This document shows positions 10,015 through 20,800 of a stretch of 64,000 nucleotides of DNA, one piece after another; position 1 is the first letter of the stretch; the number at the start of each line of letters is the position of its first letter. The notes under the pieces were generated by a model. It was not told where the DNA came from. It did no database searches and saw nothing but the letters and a program-made list of their open reading frames with translations. A program made the translations under genes and the position numbers. Location: IMG/VR virus record IMGVR_UViG_3300032236_001850, positions 248,001 through 312,000 of that record; one strand, given 5' to 3'.

Positions 10015-11244
10015 TTGAGACCTAGACAATCAATAAGAGTAAATCCGGATCCCAAGGAGCTAAGTCCTAAACAGGAGAATGCACAAATAAAAAGCAATAA
10101 GGATCAAATTCCTGAGCTTATTAATGTTCCTGTTACTAGTTTTGAAATTCCTCCTTCCAACACCCAACAAAATATGCTTATAAAAAGCACAAAAAATAAG
10201 GTTGATGGAACTCAGGCTATTTCTATAGAGGACTTAAATGTTTTACCTTCTGAGACAAAACAGATGGGTATATTTGGTGTTGGTCTTCTTGCCCCTAGAA
10301 CAAATATACCTAATGAATATCTAACAAATGTTGTTTCACCAAGAAATATACCTGTTGTTTCTAAAGTTACTACGAGCACTTATTTTTTTATAATTTATGA
10401 TAATCCAAATATAGCTAGAGTTACAATAGAAAGCACAGTTAAATCTTTTGCTGTTATAGAAACCCTAAATCCGTGTACAGTTAGAGATTGTTCGGAGATG
10501 CTTAGATTGCATTATACAAACATAACTGCCATATCGGAATCTGATTATCTTACTGGGTTCTTTGAGCATCCAACTTATTGTAATGATTCTGGGTATCCCT
10601 TACAGATAAGGTATGCAGAAATTCCTATTATTAAACAGAAAACTCCGGGAAGATTGGATAATATTCCTTTAGGATATCCTAATTTTGATAGCACACCCGA
10701 TGGTGTCATAACAAGACAAGGTCCTGTTCCAACCCCTCCTTATACTAATTTTTCTTATTCTGGTAGTCCCAATGAATACATATCATATCCAGGTGCTACT
10801 AGTTCAGGATCTACAATCTATGTTTCGAGTACAATTGGATTAACTGCTGGTATGTACTTAACTATAACAACCCAAGGTGTAGGGACGCTTAGTCCAAATA
10901 CTAAGGTCATTAGTGTTTTGGATATTGGAAGATTTACAGTTAGTCCATCACCGCTTGTTCAACTTAGTGGAAAAAATAACGTTGTTACTGGGATCCTTCC
11001 TGCAAAAATAATACCGGGGGGAACGGTTCAATTTTCAGATACTAGTGTTAGAAACCCTTGGCAATTTGCTCCAACCGGATGGAAATGGACTTTTGGCCCT
11101 AGTGCTTCACCTACTGGTAGTACTGGAAGAAATCCACTTGTTACGTACGGAGCAACTGGTATCTATAGTGTTACGCTGACTGCATCTAATCAATCTGGTG
11201 CTACAACAAAAACAAAAACAAATTTTATAATAGTAACAAATTAA
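10015..11244 (+). CDS. Virion structural protein with C-terminal PKD (Ig-like) domain
   Basis: VQFSDTS...WKWTFG...NPLVTYGATGIYSVTLTASN is a typical PKD signature; TTG start uncertain. Confidence 0.7.
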   Translation: MRPRQSIRVNPDPKELSPKQENAQIKSNKDQIPELINVPVTSFEIPPSNTQQNMLIKSTKNKVDGTQAISIEDLNVLPSETKQMGIFGVGLLAPRTNIPNEYLTNVVSPRNIPVVSKVTTSTYFFIIYDNPNIARVTIESTVKSFAVIETLNPCTVRDCSEMLRLHYTNITAISESDYLTGFFEHPTYCNDSGYPLQIRYAEIPIIKQKTPGRLDNIPLGYPNFDSTPDGVITRQGPVPTPPYTNFSYSGSPNEYISYPGATSSGSTIYVSSTIGLTAGMYLTITTQGVGTLSPNTKVISVLDIGRFTVSPSPLVQLSGKNNVVTGILPAKIIPGGTVQFSDTSVRNPWQFAPTGWKWTFGPSASPTGSTGRNPLVTYGATGIYSVTLTASNQSGATTKTKTNFIIVTN

Positions 11245-11245
11245 T

Positions 11246-11992
11246 ATGTCTGGATTTTTAGAAAAGTTTAATATGGATGATGTGTATTTAAGAAACCTTA
11301 TAATAGGTTTACTTAGATCGCTAAATGATAAAGTTACTTATTTCCAAGTGAATGATCAGCAGGAAAAAATAGAGGTTTATGTTCCTTTCTTTTTCTCGCT
11401 TACCGGGGATGAAGCTTTTTTGGAAGATTCTTTCATAGAATATCAAAATTGTGTAACAGATCTTCCTCACGCCGAAGGAAATTATGATATTCTACCTAGA
11501 GGTGTGGTTTCTTATCAGTCAAGTTCAATTGATGCTCAAGCATTAACTAATAAATATGTTAGAATGTCTTATGCTGTTGAAGATGTTAAGGGTGAAATGA
11601 AAACATTGTCTGCACATACCACATCAATACCACTAAACATTACGTTTAACGTAGCTATGAAAATAGATACACTCCTTGATTCATTTAAGATGTATCAGAG
11701 TGTAATTAGAACTTTCTATAAAACTTATGGTTATAGTTTTGAATTTGAAGGTATGAGAATACCAGTTACTGTTGGATTTCCTGAGGAATATGAGTCTACA
11801 AAACAATATGAGTTTACTTACCAAAATGAGGAACCAATAACTTTTAACTTTTCAATAGCTCTTGAAACTTATTTTCCTGATAAGGATCTATCAACCGAAA
11901 GATTCAGAGGTAATCTTATGCAGGCTGGGCTTAAAGCTAAACAAGTAATATCTAAAAATACAAATCCACCTAATAACAGGGAGATACTATAA
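11246..11992 (+). CDS. gp15: Tail sheath stabiliser/terminator (T4 gp15-like)
   Basis: YLRNLIIGLL...EVYVPFF...ILPRG...IPLNITFNV pattern; located in neck/tail cluster. Confidence 0.6.
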   Translation: MSGFLEKFNMDDVYLRNLIIGLLRSLNDKVTYFQVNDQQEKIEVYVPFFFSLTGDEAFLEDSFIEYQNCVTDLPHAEGNYDILPRGVVSYQSSSIDAQALTNKYVRMSYAVEDVKGEMKTLSAHTTSIPLNITFNVAMKIDTLLDSFKMYQSVIRTFYKTYGYSFEFEGMRIPVTVGFPEEYESTKQYEFTYQNEEPITFNFSIALETYFPDKDLSTERFRGNLMQAGLKAKQVISKNTNPPNNREIL

Positions 11993-12005
11993 AAAAATTA
12001 AAAAC

Positions 12006-12296
12006 ATGGCAATAGACGATAGAATATTATCTATAGAAAATAGAATAATAGACGGAAGTGACAGTAAAACGAGAGACCAATTATATTTTATTGGTACTGG
12101 TGATGATTACGTTAGAAAAACTGATACCATAGAAATTATGACTGCTAAGTCGTCGGGGAATTTTTATTCCAATCCAAATCCAGTGGGTAAAGATTTTAGT
12201 GATATATTAGACGGCGGAGATTCGAGAAAAGGTGCATCACAATTTATTGCTCCTATAATCGGTGGGGTATTTCCAACAAGAAGAAGTGGGATATAA
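12006..12296 (+). CDS. Hypothetical protein
   Basis: 96-aa ORF in structural operon. Confidence 0.55.
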   Translation: MAIDDRILSIENRIIDGSDSKTRDQLYFIGTGDDYVRKTDTIEIMTAKSSGNFYSNPNPVGKDFSDILDGGDSRKGASQFIAPIIGGVFPTRRSGI

Positions 12297-12340
12297 TTGA
12301 AACAATAACAGCTAATATTAGTATAAATTAAAAAATAAAA

Positions 12341-12613
12341 ATGAGTCAAGAAATTAAACTAAGCGATGAGCTATTATTAGAGGTCCAAACATTAAAGGAC
12401 GAACTTACCGAAAATGTTGTAAAAATTGGTAGGTTGAATGTTCAGGTTTCTTTCTATGAAAGGGATTTGAAATTAATGAATCAGGAGCTTGAATACCTTT
12501 ATGAGGAAGCTGCTAAGATAAATATCAGAGAAGAGGAATTACAAGCTAAAGTTGTTGCTGAACACGGTGAAGGAAAACTGGATCTCATCAGCGGGATATA
12601 CAGAAAAGAGTAA
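12341..12613 (+). CDS. Hypothetical coiled-coil protein
   Basis: 90-aa ORF with heptad pattern, followed by terminator. Confidence 0.6.
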   Translation: MSQEIKLSDELLLEVQTLKDELTENVVKIGRLNVQVSFYERDLKLMNQELEYLYEEAAKINIREEELQAKVVAEHGEGKLDLISGIYRKE

Positions 12614-12631
12614 TTCTCACAAAACAGGTTT

Positions 12632-12662
12632 AAAAGAGGATCCATTGGATCCTCTTTTTTTG
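12632..12662 (+). terminator. Intrinsic terminator
   Basis: AAAAGAGGATCC-att-GGATCCTCTTTT plus T-run. Confidence 0.8.
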
Positions 12663-12682
12663 TTTATAGTCTAACATTTTTT

Positions 12683-12690
12683 GATATATA
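12683..12690 (+). promoter_or_regulatory. Putative late promoter GATATATA
   Basis: About 20 nt upstream of ATG 12710. Confidence 0.6.
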
Positions 12691-12709
12691 ATAAAAAGTA
12701 TAAACAAGA

Positions 12710-15202
12710 ATGAGTTTTTACCCAGAAAATAGATTTCCTAAGAAAGGTACTCCCGTATACAATACTGAGGGTGAACAATACGATATTTCCGATCCTAGAT
12801 ATGCATATCATGATGGACTTCAGAATACTGATAAAGTTCTTGAATCTTCGGTTGATAATATATTTAGCACTGAAGGTGGTGCAATGGCAAGAGCTAAACA
12901 AATAGGCTGTGGAGGATTTCACGAGGTTATTGTAAACGGCAATAAGATGTATATGCCATGCGAAAGCCCGGAGTATTATGGTTTAAGAATAGAGCAACTT
13001 GAAAGTGCCTTAAACTTCACCTATATAGGTAGTTACAGGGTATTAACATGGGATAAACCATTTGAAAATGTTACAAAGTTTAAAGGATGGATAATAGATA
13101 CTGTTTACTCCAATAATAATGGATCTATACTCGATTCCAATGATATAGCCATAGATTTTAGATATAGCATAGATGGAAAGACATGGTCGTTATGGACAAA
13201 TGTTGGTACAGCATTAAATGGATTAACAAACGATTTTTCTGATATATTCGTAATAAATCTTGATCCCTCTAATAAATTCTATCCGGAATTTAGATTCACC
13301 TCCGTTCTGATTGGTCCCGATGGCGGAATAATTTATAATAGTAACGAACCAATAGATCCATCCATAGTAATAGTTAGTTTTGATTTGGATCTTGAATTTG
13401 GTGATAGTCCAGAGAAAGTTCAAATTAAACCCGCACCTGTGTGTTCTGCTGAGATATCTAATCGCCCTGTTGTTTTTTCTGATTGCGGATTTACTTTCAA
13501 ACCTTATGCTGTTAATAAAGCTCTAAACATATATCAAGATTTAAGTCTTATGGTTAATAAAATGTTTGGACTGGATGCAAACTATTATTCTGTTCAACCA
13601 CAGGCTAGAGGTAGGGATGTTGTTCTTAGAGAATATACGCTGTTTAATGTTGTTGCTGAGAAGTGTGTTAAATTGATGGTAAATCAAAATCAGTTTCCTG
13701 ATAATAAAATCAATTTTGATCCATTCGGATTAAATTATGAGGATCCTTTTGAGGTTCAAATGGATAAAAGATATTTTGAATCTATCTTTGGTAAAGGATC
13801 TCAACCAAGAAAAAGAGATATTATATACTTCCCAATAACGAATAGGATATATGAAATAAATTCAACATATTTGTTTAGAGATTTCATGAATGCGCCAGTT
13901 TATTTTAAAATGGAGCTTAAGAAATATAATCCTAAGAGCAATACTTATTTCAGAGATCCGGCTCACAAGGAGGAACTTGATGGTATTAGCCTAACTACTA
14001 ATGATCTTTTTGGTGCTGAAGTTGAGAGTGAGGAATTAAAATTTGCTAATCCTCAACAATATGCAACAACAATAACACAGATGTCTCAGGATCCTATAAG
14101 ATCATATGTTTACAAGGATCTACAAATAATAGGATACGATCTTAATAATAATTGGACAATAGTATTTAATGATTATTATGATCTCTATGCAGCTTTTACC
14201 GATGATTCTGATTTTACCTATGATCCAAGACAATACAGACAAGCAATAAGATATAAGCTTCTTCCTAAAATAAGCATAGGTGAGGAACTAGCTTTTACTT
14301 CTTGGTTTAATATAAGAAATCTTTATAATAATCAGCAGTTATTGAAAAAACCATACCCTGTAATAAATGTTACCTTGGAATCTCATGATGATAATTATCT
14401 AACTTTTAATTCGTATCCAAGGAAGCATAATCTTCATAGATGGGAATCCTATAGTACAAATCCGGAGGGCTATGTTGCAATAAAAGGTGATGCTACACAC
14501 AGTGGTGGATATCAGGTTGAATTGGTATTGGATGAATATAGATTTACTGTTATAAATAAATCTCAGAATTTTTCATTACAACCAACAACCTGGAGAATGC
14601 AAAAAGCACAATCTAGAAATTTAATAAGTGGTCTATATCAAGATCAGAATGGCGATACTAAAGGATTTAGAGCTGATATAATACATTCCGGAATTATTGA
14701 CGAATTAACAAATCAATTTTTAGAAACAGGTAGTCTTGTTGTCAGATTTAATGATCTTATAATCAATTCTACTCTTCAGTTTGTTCCTCAAATTGATGAA
14801 TGGTATGGTATAGTTATAAATTTCTCCAATGTCTATAAACAAATATCGTCTATAATTTGGGGAATGACTTATGATCCAACAAATAGTTCACCTGACCAAT
14901 CTAGCAAATTACAGAAGCTTCACGAGGATTCTAGAATGTTTACTGATCATATAGTTTTTAATGCTCCTTCAGATATAGTAACTGATAAATTCAGTCCATA
15001 TTACGGAACGGATAATAATTCGTATAAAATATACACTGGACCAATATACCTTAGTAATATTAGATTATTCAAAAATATGATAGATATAGATAACCAGTCA
15101 ACTGTGCTTAATCAAAATATAGTTAGAGATTCACAGTTAGCACATATAATAGATAATGCTAAACCATTGCTAAATATACCAAAATTTGCAAGAAATAAAT
15201 AA
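12710..15202 (+). CDS. gp14: Neck protein, T4 gp14-like domain in a large multidomain protein
   Basis: FDPFGLNYEDPFEVQMDKRYF...PRKRDIIYFPITNRIYEI resembles gp14 (KFG...DE..F.I....F...P.EGDLIYFP....FEI); C-terminal beta-rich LamG-like part. Confidence 0.55.
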   Translation: MSFYPENRFPKKGTPVYNTEGEQYDISDPRYAYHDGLQNTDKVLESSVDNIFSTEGGAMARAKQIGCGGFHEVIVNGNKMYMPCESPEYYGLRIEQLESALNFTYIGSYRVLTWDKPFENVTKFKGWIIDTVYSNNNGSILDSNDIAIDFRYSIDGKTWSLWTNVGTALNGLTNDFSDIFVINLDPSNKFYPEFRFTSVLIGPDGGIIYNSNEPIDPSIVIVSFDLDLEFGDSPEKVQIKPAPVCSAEISNRPVVFSDCGFTFKPYAVNKALNIYQDLSLMVNKMFGLDANYYSVQPQARGRDVVLREYTLFNVVAEKCVKLMVNQNQFPDNKINFDPFGLNYEDPFEVQMDKRYFESIFGKGSQPRKRDIIYFPITNRIYEINSTYLFRDFMNAPVYFKMELKKYNPKSNTYFRDPAHKEELDGISLTTNDLFGAEVESEELKFANPQQYATTITQMSQDPIRSYVYKDLQIIGYDLNNNWTIVFNDYYDLYAAFTDDSDFTYDPRQYRQAIRYKLLPKISIGEELAFTSWFNIRNLYNNQQLLKKPYPVINVTLESHDDNYLTFNSYPRKHNLHRWESYSTNPEGYVAIKGDATHSGGYQVELVLDEYRFTVINKSQNFSLQPTTWRMQKAQSRNLISGLYQDQNGDTKGFRADIIHSGIIDELTNQFLETGSLVVRFNDLIINSTLQFVPQIDEWYGIVINFSNVYKQISSIIWGMTYDPTNSSPDQSSKLQKLHEDSRMFTDHIVFNAPSDIVTDKFSPYYGTDNNSYKIYTGPIYLSNIRLFKNMIDIDNQSTVLNQNIVRDSQLAHIIDNAKPLLNIPKFARNK

Positions 15203-15205
15203 ATT

Positions 15206-16003
15206 ATGCCAAGAAGAAAACCAAAACCGGAGAAAGTAATAGAGGAAAGAATAAAACAAAATCTTGATTCTATATTAATGGACGAGGGATTTAATGCTTC
15301 ATTCACTGCAGATTCTTTAGATCTACCAAGAATAAAAACAACAGATCTTATGGATTTTGCAGGAGCTCAGTCTTCTGCAGCTTCTGATGCTAAAGTTTTA
15401 ATGGATTCACTAGCTGAATTTTATGTTGATTTATCAACTGAGAATCAATCAGCTTTTCATGTCGAGCAGAAGAAAAAAATGGACACGATGAATGTTTCTG
15501 CCATGATGTTTCAACTAAAAACAGCACAACACACAATAACAAAGATTCTTGAGGAAATAGATCTTGGTAATACTAATCCAAGATTATTTGAGGTTTTAGC
15601 TCAAATGCAATCCCAGATAATGCAGATGCCTAAGGACTATCAGGCTTACCTCGAAAAGATGGAACAAAATTATAAGAAATCTAGAATTGAGATAGACGAG
15701 AAGAAACAATCCAATAGTGTTGTTATGAGTCAAGATTCCAATAGTGATTCATACAGTAGTCAATCTTCATCTGTTACTGAAAATGGCGGAATAAAATCAA
15801 GAGGAACTAGAGGTATAATGGAGGGTCTTAGGGATATAATAGGATCTGAGGTTGTTGATATCACGCCAGAGATAGTTGAACCAAATGCAGTAGTGAACGC
15901 TAAACATAAAAAAGTAATGGACCTTGATAATCCAAATGTTTCAAGAATTGATAACGATTCCGATGATTCGGATGGATTTATTATAGAGGATGATCTTTAT
16001 TAA
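15206..16003 (+). CDS. gp16: Probable terminase small subunit (T4 gp16-like)
   Basis: NPRLFEVLAQMQ resembles the gp16 PR..EV...L motif; directly upstream of the large terminase. Confidence 0.6.
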   Translation: MPRRKPKPEKVIEERIKQNLDSILMDEGFNASFTADSLDLPRIKTTDLMDFAGAQSSAASDAKVLMDSLAEFYVDLSTENQSAFHVEQKKKMDTMNVSAMMFQLKTAQHTITKILEEIDLGNTNPRLFEVLAQMQSQIMQMPKDYQAYLEKMEQNYKKSRIEIDEKKQSNSVVMSQDSNSDSYSSQSSSVTENGGIKSRGTRGIMEGLRDIIGSEVVDITPEIVEPNAVVNAKHKKVMDLDNPNVSRIDNDSDDSDGFIIEDDLY

Positions 16004-16005
16004 TA

Positions 16006-17832
16006 ATGGGTGAATTAATACAAAAGAAACAAGAACAGATAGAAACCTCTCTGTGGAACACCGAGAGAGTAAATGAGCTTCTTAGAAGAATAGATGAGGA
16101 GGGATTGGACTACAAAGATGTGGATAATCCTTTTTATGAACAAGATCCGGAATTAAAAAAACCTAGTCTTCAGTGGGAATATACTAGGGAGGAGGTTTTT
16201 GAGATGAAGAAGTGTGCAGAAGACGTCTCATATTTTGCAAAATATTGCAAAGTTATGACGGACGTTGGATTGGAATATATTCATCTTAGAGATTATCAGG
16301 AATCTGTTCTTAGAGAATATCAATCAAATAGATTCAACATATTTTTAGCTCCAAGACAGGTTGGTAAATCTATAACGTCTTCTATAATATTAGTTTGGTA
16401 TCTCCTTTTTAACCATGATAAAAATGCGATGATCCTTGCTAACGTCGGTGACACTGCGGAGGAGTTAATGGATAAGATAAAATCCATAATCAAAGGGCTT
16501 CCATTTTTTCTTAAACCTGGAATGATTATTAATAATGTGATGTCAATGCGTTTCGATAACGGATGTAGGGTATTAGCTAAAACAACCACGAAAACATCTG
16601 GTATTGGTTTTACCATTCACTTTCTATACATGGACGAGTTTGCACACATTAATGAAAACTTCATGGAAGCTTTCTTCAGATCAACCTATCCAACTGTATC
16701 TTCTTCCAAGGTTTCACGTATTATAATTACGTCAACCCCAAACGGGATGAATAAATTCTATGAGCTTTACCAGGGTGCATTAGATGGTGACAACAGTTTC
16801 AATCCGATAAGGGTTGACTGGTGGCAAGTACCTGGTAGAGATGAAGCTTGGAAACAAAGAGAAATTGGTAACCTTGGTAGTGAGGAGTTGTTCAACCAGG
16901 AGTATGGTAACCAGTTTTTAAGTTCATCCAGTTTATTATTAGGATCGGACGAACTAAAAAGAATCAAGAAAAACGAGACTGAATATGAATGGAAGGAAAT
17001 AAGTGAACTGCATAATAATAATATAAATTATGAAAACTTCAGATGGCATCCTAAATTCGATATTGATAAGTGTGATGAACCAGGCAAAAAGTTCGTTCTG
17101 TCTATAGATCTTAGTGGTGGTGGAAAGGGAGATTTTACAGTTATTAATATATTTAAAGTTACACCTCTTCCCAAAGTTATTATAGAAAAGATGACCGAAT
17201 ATGAGGATGAATCTGATTTCTTTGGATTGATTCAGGTTGGTGTGTTCAGAGACAATGAGATAAAACTAGAGGATGTTGTTAAGCTTCTTCAGATATTGTG
17301 CGAGAATGTATTCACTGTGGATAGGGTTAAAATAGCCCTTGAGATGAATTTTAAAGGTGAGCTTCTTTATGATAAATTAATATCTAGAGATGAATTTTTC
17401 GATGAAATGTTTCTTTTTACTAAACACACGGAGAGCGCAAGAACTCTAAAACCAGGCATAAAATACAACGAAAAAAACAAAATGAAATATTGTGAGTTGT
17501 TAAGAAGCTTGATAAGGGAAAACAGAATACTGGTAAATGAAAAGAAATGGACAATTCCTGAATTATTTACTTTTGGTTTAAATAACAGAGGAACTTATTC
17601 CAGTCAGAGTGGACATGATGACGTTGCGATGACTCTAGTTAATCTTCCTGGTTTATTGGATGGATACGATTTCAATCACATGGTCGGTGAGGTGTTTGAT
17701 GAAATGGTGGACAGTCCCTATAGGGATATAATAATTAGAAAACTTGAAGGTGATCAGATTTTTGATGAGGATAGGAAGGGACCTTCGACCAAGGAAGGTA
17801 AATCATATAGTGACTTCAATAACTTAATGTAG
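16006..17832 (+). CDS. gp17: Terminase large subunit (T4 gp17-like)
   Basis: LRDYQ, PRQVGKS, YMDEFAH, STPNGMNKFY, SIDLSGGGKGDF, HDDVAM. Confidence 0.96.
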   Translation: MGELIQKKQEQIETSLWNTERVNELLRRIDEEGLDYKDVDNPFYEQDPELKKPSLQWEYTREEVFEMKKCAEDVSYFAKYCKVMTDVGLEYIHLRDYQESVLREYQSNRFNIFLAPRQVGKSITSSIILVWYLLFNHDKNAMILANVGDTAEELMDKIKSIIKGLPFFLKPGMIINNVMSMRFDNGCRVLAKTTTKTSGIGFTIHFLYMDEFAHINENFMEAFFRSTYPTVSSSKVSRIIITSTPNGMNKFYELYQGALDGDNSFNPIRVDWWQVPGRDEAWKQREIGNLGSEELFNQEYGNQFLSSSSLLLGSDELKRIKKNETEYEWKEISELHNNNINYENFRWHPKFDIDKCDEPGKKFVLSIDLSGGGKGDFTVINIFKVTPLPKVIIEKMTEYEDESDFFGLIQVGVFRDNEIKLEDVVKLLQILCENVFTVDRVKIALEMNFKGELLYDKLISRDEFFDEMFLFTKHTESARTLKPGIKYNEKNKMKYCELLRSLIRENRILVNEKKWTIPELFTFGLNNRGTYSSQSGHDDVAMTLVNLPGLLDGYDFNHMVGEVFDEMVDSPYRDIIIRKLEGDQIFDEDRKGPSTKEGKSYSDFNNLM

Positions 17833-17857
17833 CATCAATAATTCTTATTTCTTTTTT

Positions 17858-17865
17858 GATATATA
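17858..17865 (+). promoter_or_regulatory. Putative late promoter GATATATA
   Basis: About 30 nt upstream of sheath ATG 17895. Confidence 0.6.
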
Positions 17866-17894
17866 GTACAGAAGTAAAAATATATTGAAAAATA

Positions 17895-20800
17895 ATGGCA
17901 AATAAGGTAAAAATAGACTATTCTCAATTTAGAGCATCTGGTGTCTATACGCTTGAATTTGACGCATCACAAAACGTCATACTTACATCACAAACAATAA
18001 GACTGGTTATAGGTTTCTCAAATAAGGGACCTTTCAATACTCCTGTCTATATTCCTGATGCAACAACGATGATATCAATCTTTGGTGACATTGACGCGTC
18101 TCTTGAAAATAAAGGATCTTTCTTCCATAGATCAATATTAACCTGTTTAAATGCTGGACCAGTTTTCGCATTGAATCTTTTAAAATTGAACGATAATTTG
18201 GAAACTTCTGATCCTGATATGGTTACGTATAGATCTTTTTCGGTTGATACTGAGGAATACAATGGCGAAGTTACTAGTGAATTATACTCTTCCTATTACA
18301 ATAAGGAGAGATTCTGGTTTGCAGATCCTAATTATTTCTTAGCAACTTTAAGTTTTGCAGATCAGGGTAAATTACTAAGTTTAACTAATCTTGGTAAATC
18401 ACCTATGAGTTTAATAATCAGAAAATCTACTGATTCAACTACACCTCTACTTGGATATAATATATTTGCCATTGATTGGTATGGTGCTAACAATGTACCT
18501 ACATTTATGCACCCATATGATTATATAAGTGATTATTTTATAGATGTAATAGCAGTTTATGGTAATTGGACAAATTACCAAGCATTGTCTGTAGATCCAT
18601 ATTGGGGAGCTACTGGCCTTCAAATGTTTACTAATAATGGATTTGTAAAGAACAAAATAGATCAATTCCTTGCTAATCCAAATGTTTCAATAGTTACTTC
18701 TGTTACTGGATGTATCATCCCAGATTTTGTTGATCTTAATGGTGTTAATAAATACATTCAAACCCTTATAAATAACAATACAGCATCAACAGGTTTATTC
18801 TGTGCAATAGATGAACAAGCCTTTGATGATCTTTGTAACAATCCATATAGAATTGATCTTGTTGGAAATCACTTAATAGATGAACTTAGCGGTGATAGGG
18901 ATCTTCCAAATCCAAGAATAAATTTCTTAAGTTACGATCAGGCATTAGAGGCTGATTACCTATACACACAAAATGTAGTTGGTATAACCGGTGCTACTGG
19001 ATTTGTTAGTCCTGTTGGGGTTACCGGTTTTACAAAAGGTGCTAAGGTTGGTACTCTATTTACTATAGGTGGAGGAACAGGAGCTACTGCTGGTGTTTAT
19101 CAGGGATCCTTTGTTACTTATGATCCAAATGCATATGATACAGGTATGCATTATCTTTTAACTAAAAGTATTACTGGTACAACCGGAGGTATTTTACAAA
19201 ATGCTGCTCAGAAAGCTGCTCTTAAATCTTTCCTTAGCGTAACCTCATCCGATGACGAAAAATTCATTCTTGGAGTTGTACAGGGTGTAGCTGGTTTAAC
19301 CGGAGCTCTTATAAGTCAATTCAACGAAGCTGATATAGTAAAACTTAAAGTTACTGGAACTAAGGATGTTAGTGGGGAATTACTTATTTGGTGGACTCAT
19401 CCTCTAGATACTGCACAATACAGATCTCAAGGAGTTACTGTTAAACCTACATATAACTTATCAACATACAACACTGGTGCTTCTGGAAGTAATAAACCAT
19501 ATTATCCTAATTCCTATCAGTTTGGTAATTCTGATTATTTTGATATAATAAGTTTAGCAACACCAACTGGAGCTACTGGACCTGGTGCTCCTACTGGTTA
19601 TACAAATTCTGTTGTTGCTTATAATGCATCAACATTCTTTCAGAATCACAAATATAAGGAGATAGTTGATGGAGATTCTATTTGGATCACACCAACGGGT
19701 ACACCGTACGAACAATATCTTGGATTCCAGAATACTGTTGATAGAGATCAATTTGATCTTACATATGCTAGAGCATATTCACAACAAGGTACTCTTGATT
19801 CTAGTACGATAGTAAATATTGCAGATTTCGGTACATCTTATGCTTCTAATAATATAGGTCTTCCCGTAAGTGCACAAAAGCTTGATATAATTTCTCAAAT
19901 AGGTTCAATCAATCAATTTATAGATTGTACTAAATTAGATGTTAGTAAATTTACAATAAACACTGTTAATAACGTTTCACCTTTATCTGTGGGAGATTGG
20001 GTAGTTTCTACGGATCTTGATATATGTGTGCCAGCTAATGGTAATAGACAAAGTAGACTTACTAAAGTTAAATCTGTTGCACAAACAGGAACTCCTGGTT
20101 TATTGAAAGTTGAAACTACGAGACCAGTTTTATATTATTCTGGCGTTGGTGGTGCTCTTAGAGTACAAAAATTCAAATCAATACCACAGTTTACAACATC
20201 TTTTGATTTTACATTCCTTAAAGGATTTACAATGAAGGAAAGACATAGACCTAATGGAACTGACGCAAGATTAAATGAGATACTTAACGTTTTATATGAT
20301 ACAAATATTGCTAAGACACTTGCTTCTAAGGATGTAATCTCATTCAGATATATCGTGGATACTTTTAGTGGTATTATAGGACCAGAATCTAAATCACAAT
20401 ATAGTAGACTTGCAAAAATGAGACAGCAAGCTTTGGCTATTATAAATGCGCCATCTATGGCACAATTTAGAGCTAGTACTGATCCTAGATTTACTGATGC
20501 AGCTACTGCTTCTAATCCTTATCCTCCACTAAATACAGCTTATATTGCTGATGGTGGTAATCTTTCATTGAATCCATCATACACATTTAGTTTACCGACT
20601 GAGGAAGATGGATCTAAATTCTGTGCATTCTATTCTCCTTATATAGTTATAAGAAATGGTAATAAGAATCTTAGTGTTCCACCAGCTGCTTACGTTTCTA
20701 ACAATTTCATTAGAAAATTTGCAAACGGTGAACCATATGCTATCGTTGCTGGTCAGAAAAGAGGTATCATAAGCGGTGGTAATATAGTTGGTGTTGAATA

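Noticed and set aside
16006-17832. Inteins or group I introns in terminase, helicase, UvsX or ligase
   Set aside because: Lengths and motif spacing are normal; no intein or homing-endonuclease motifs seen
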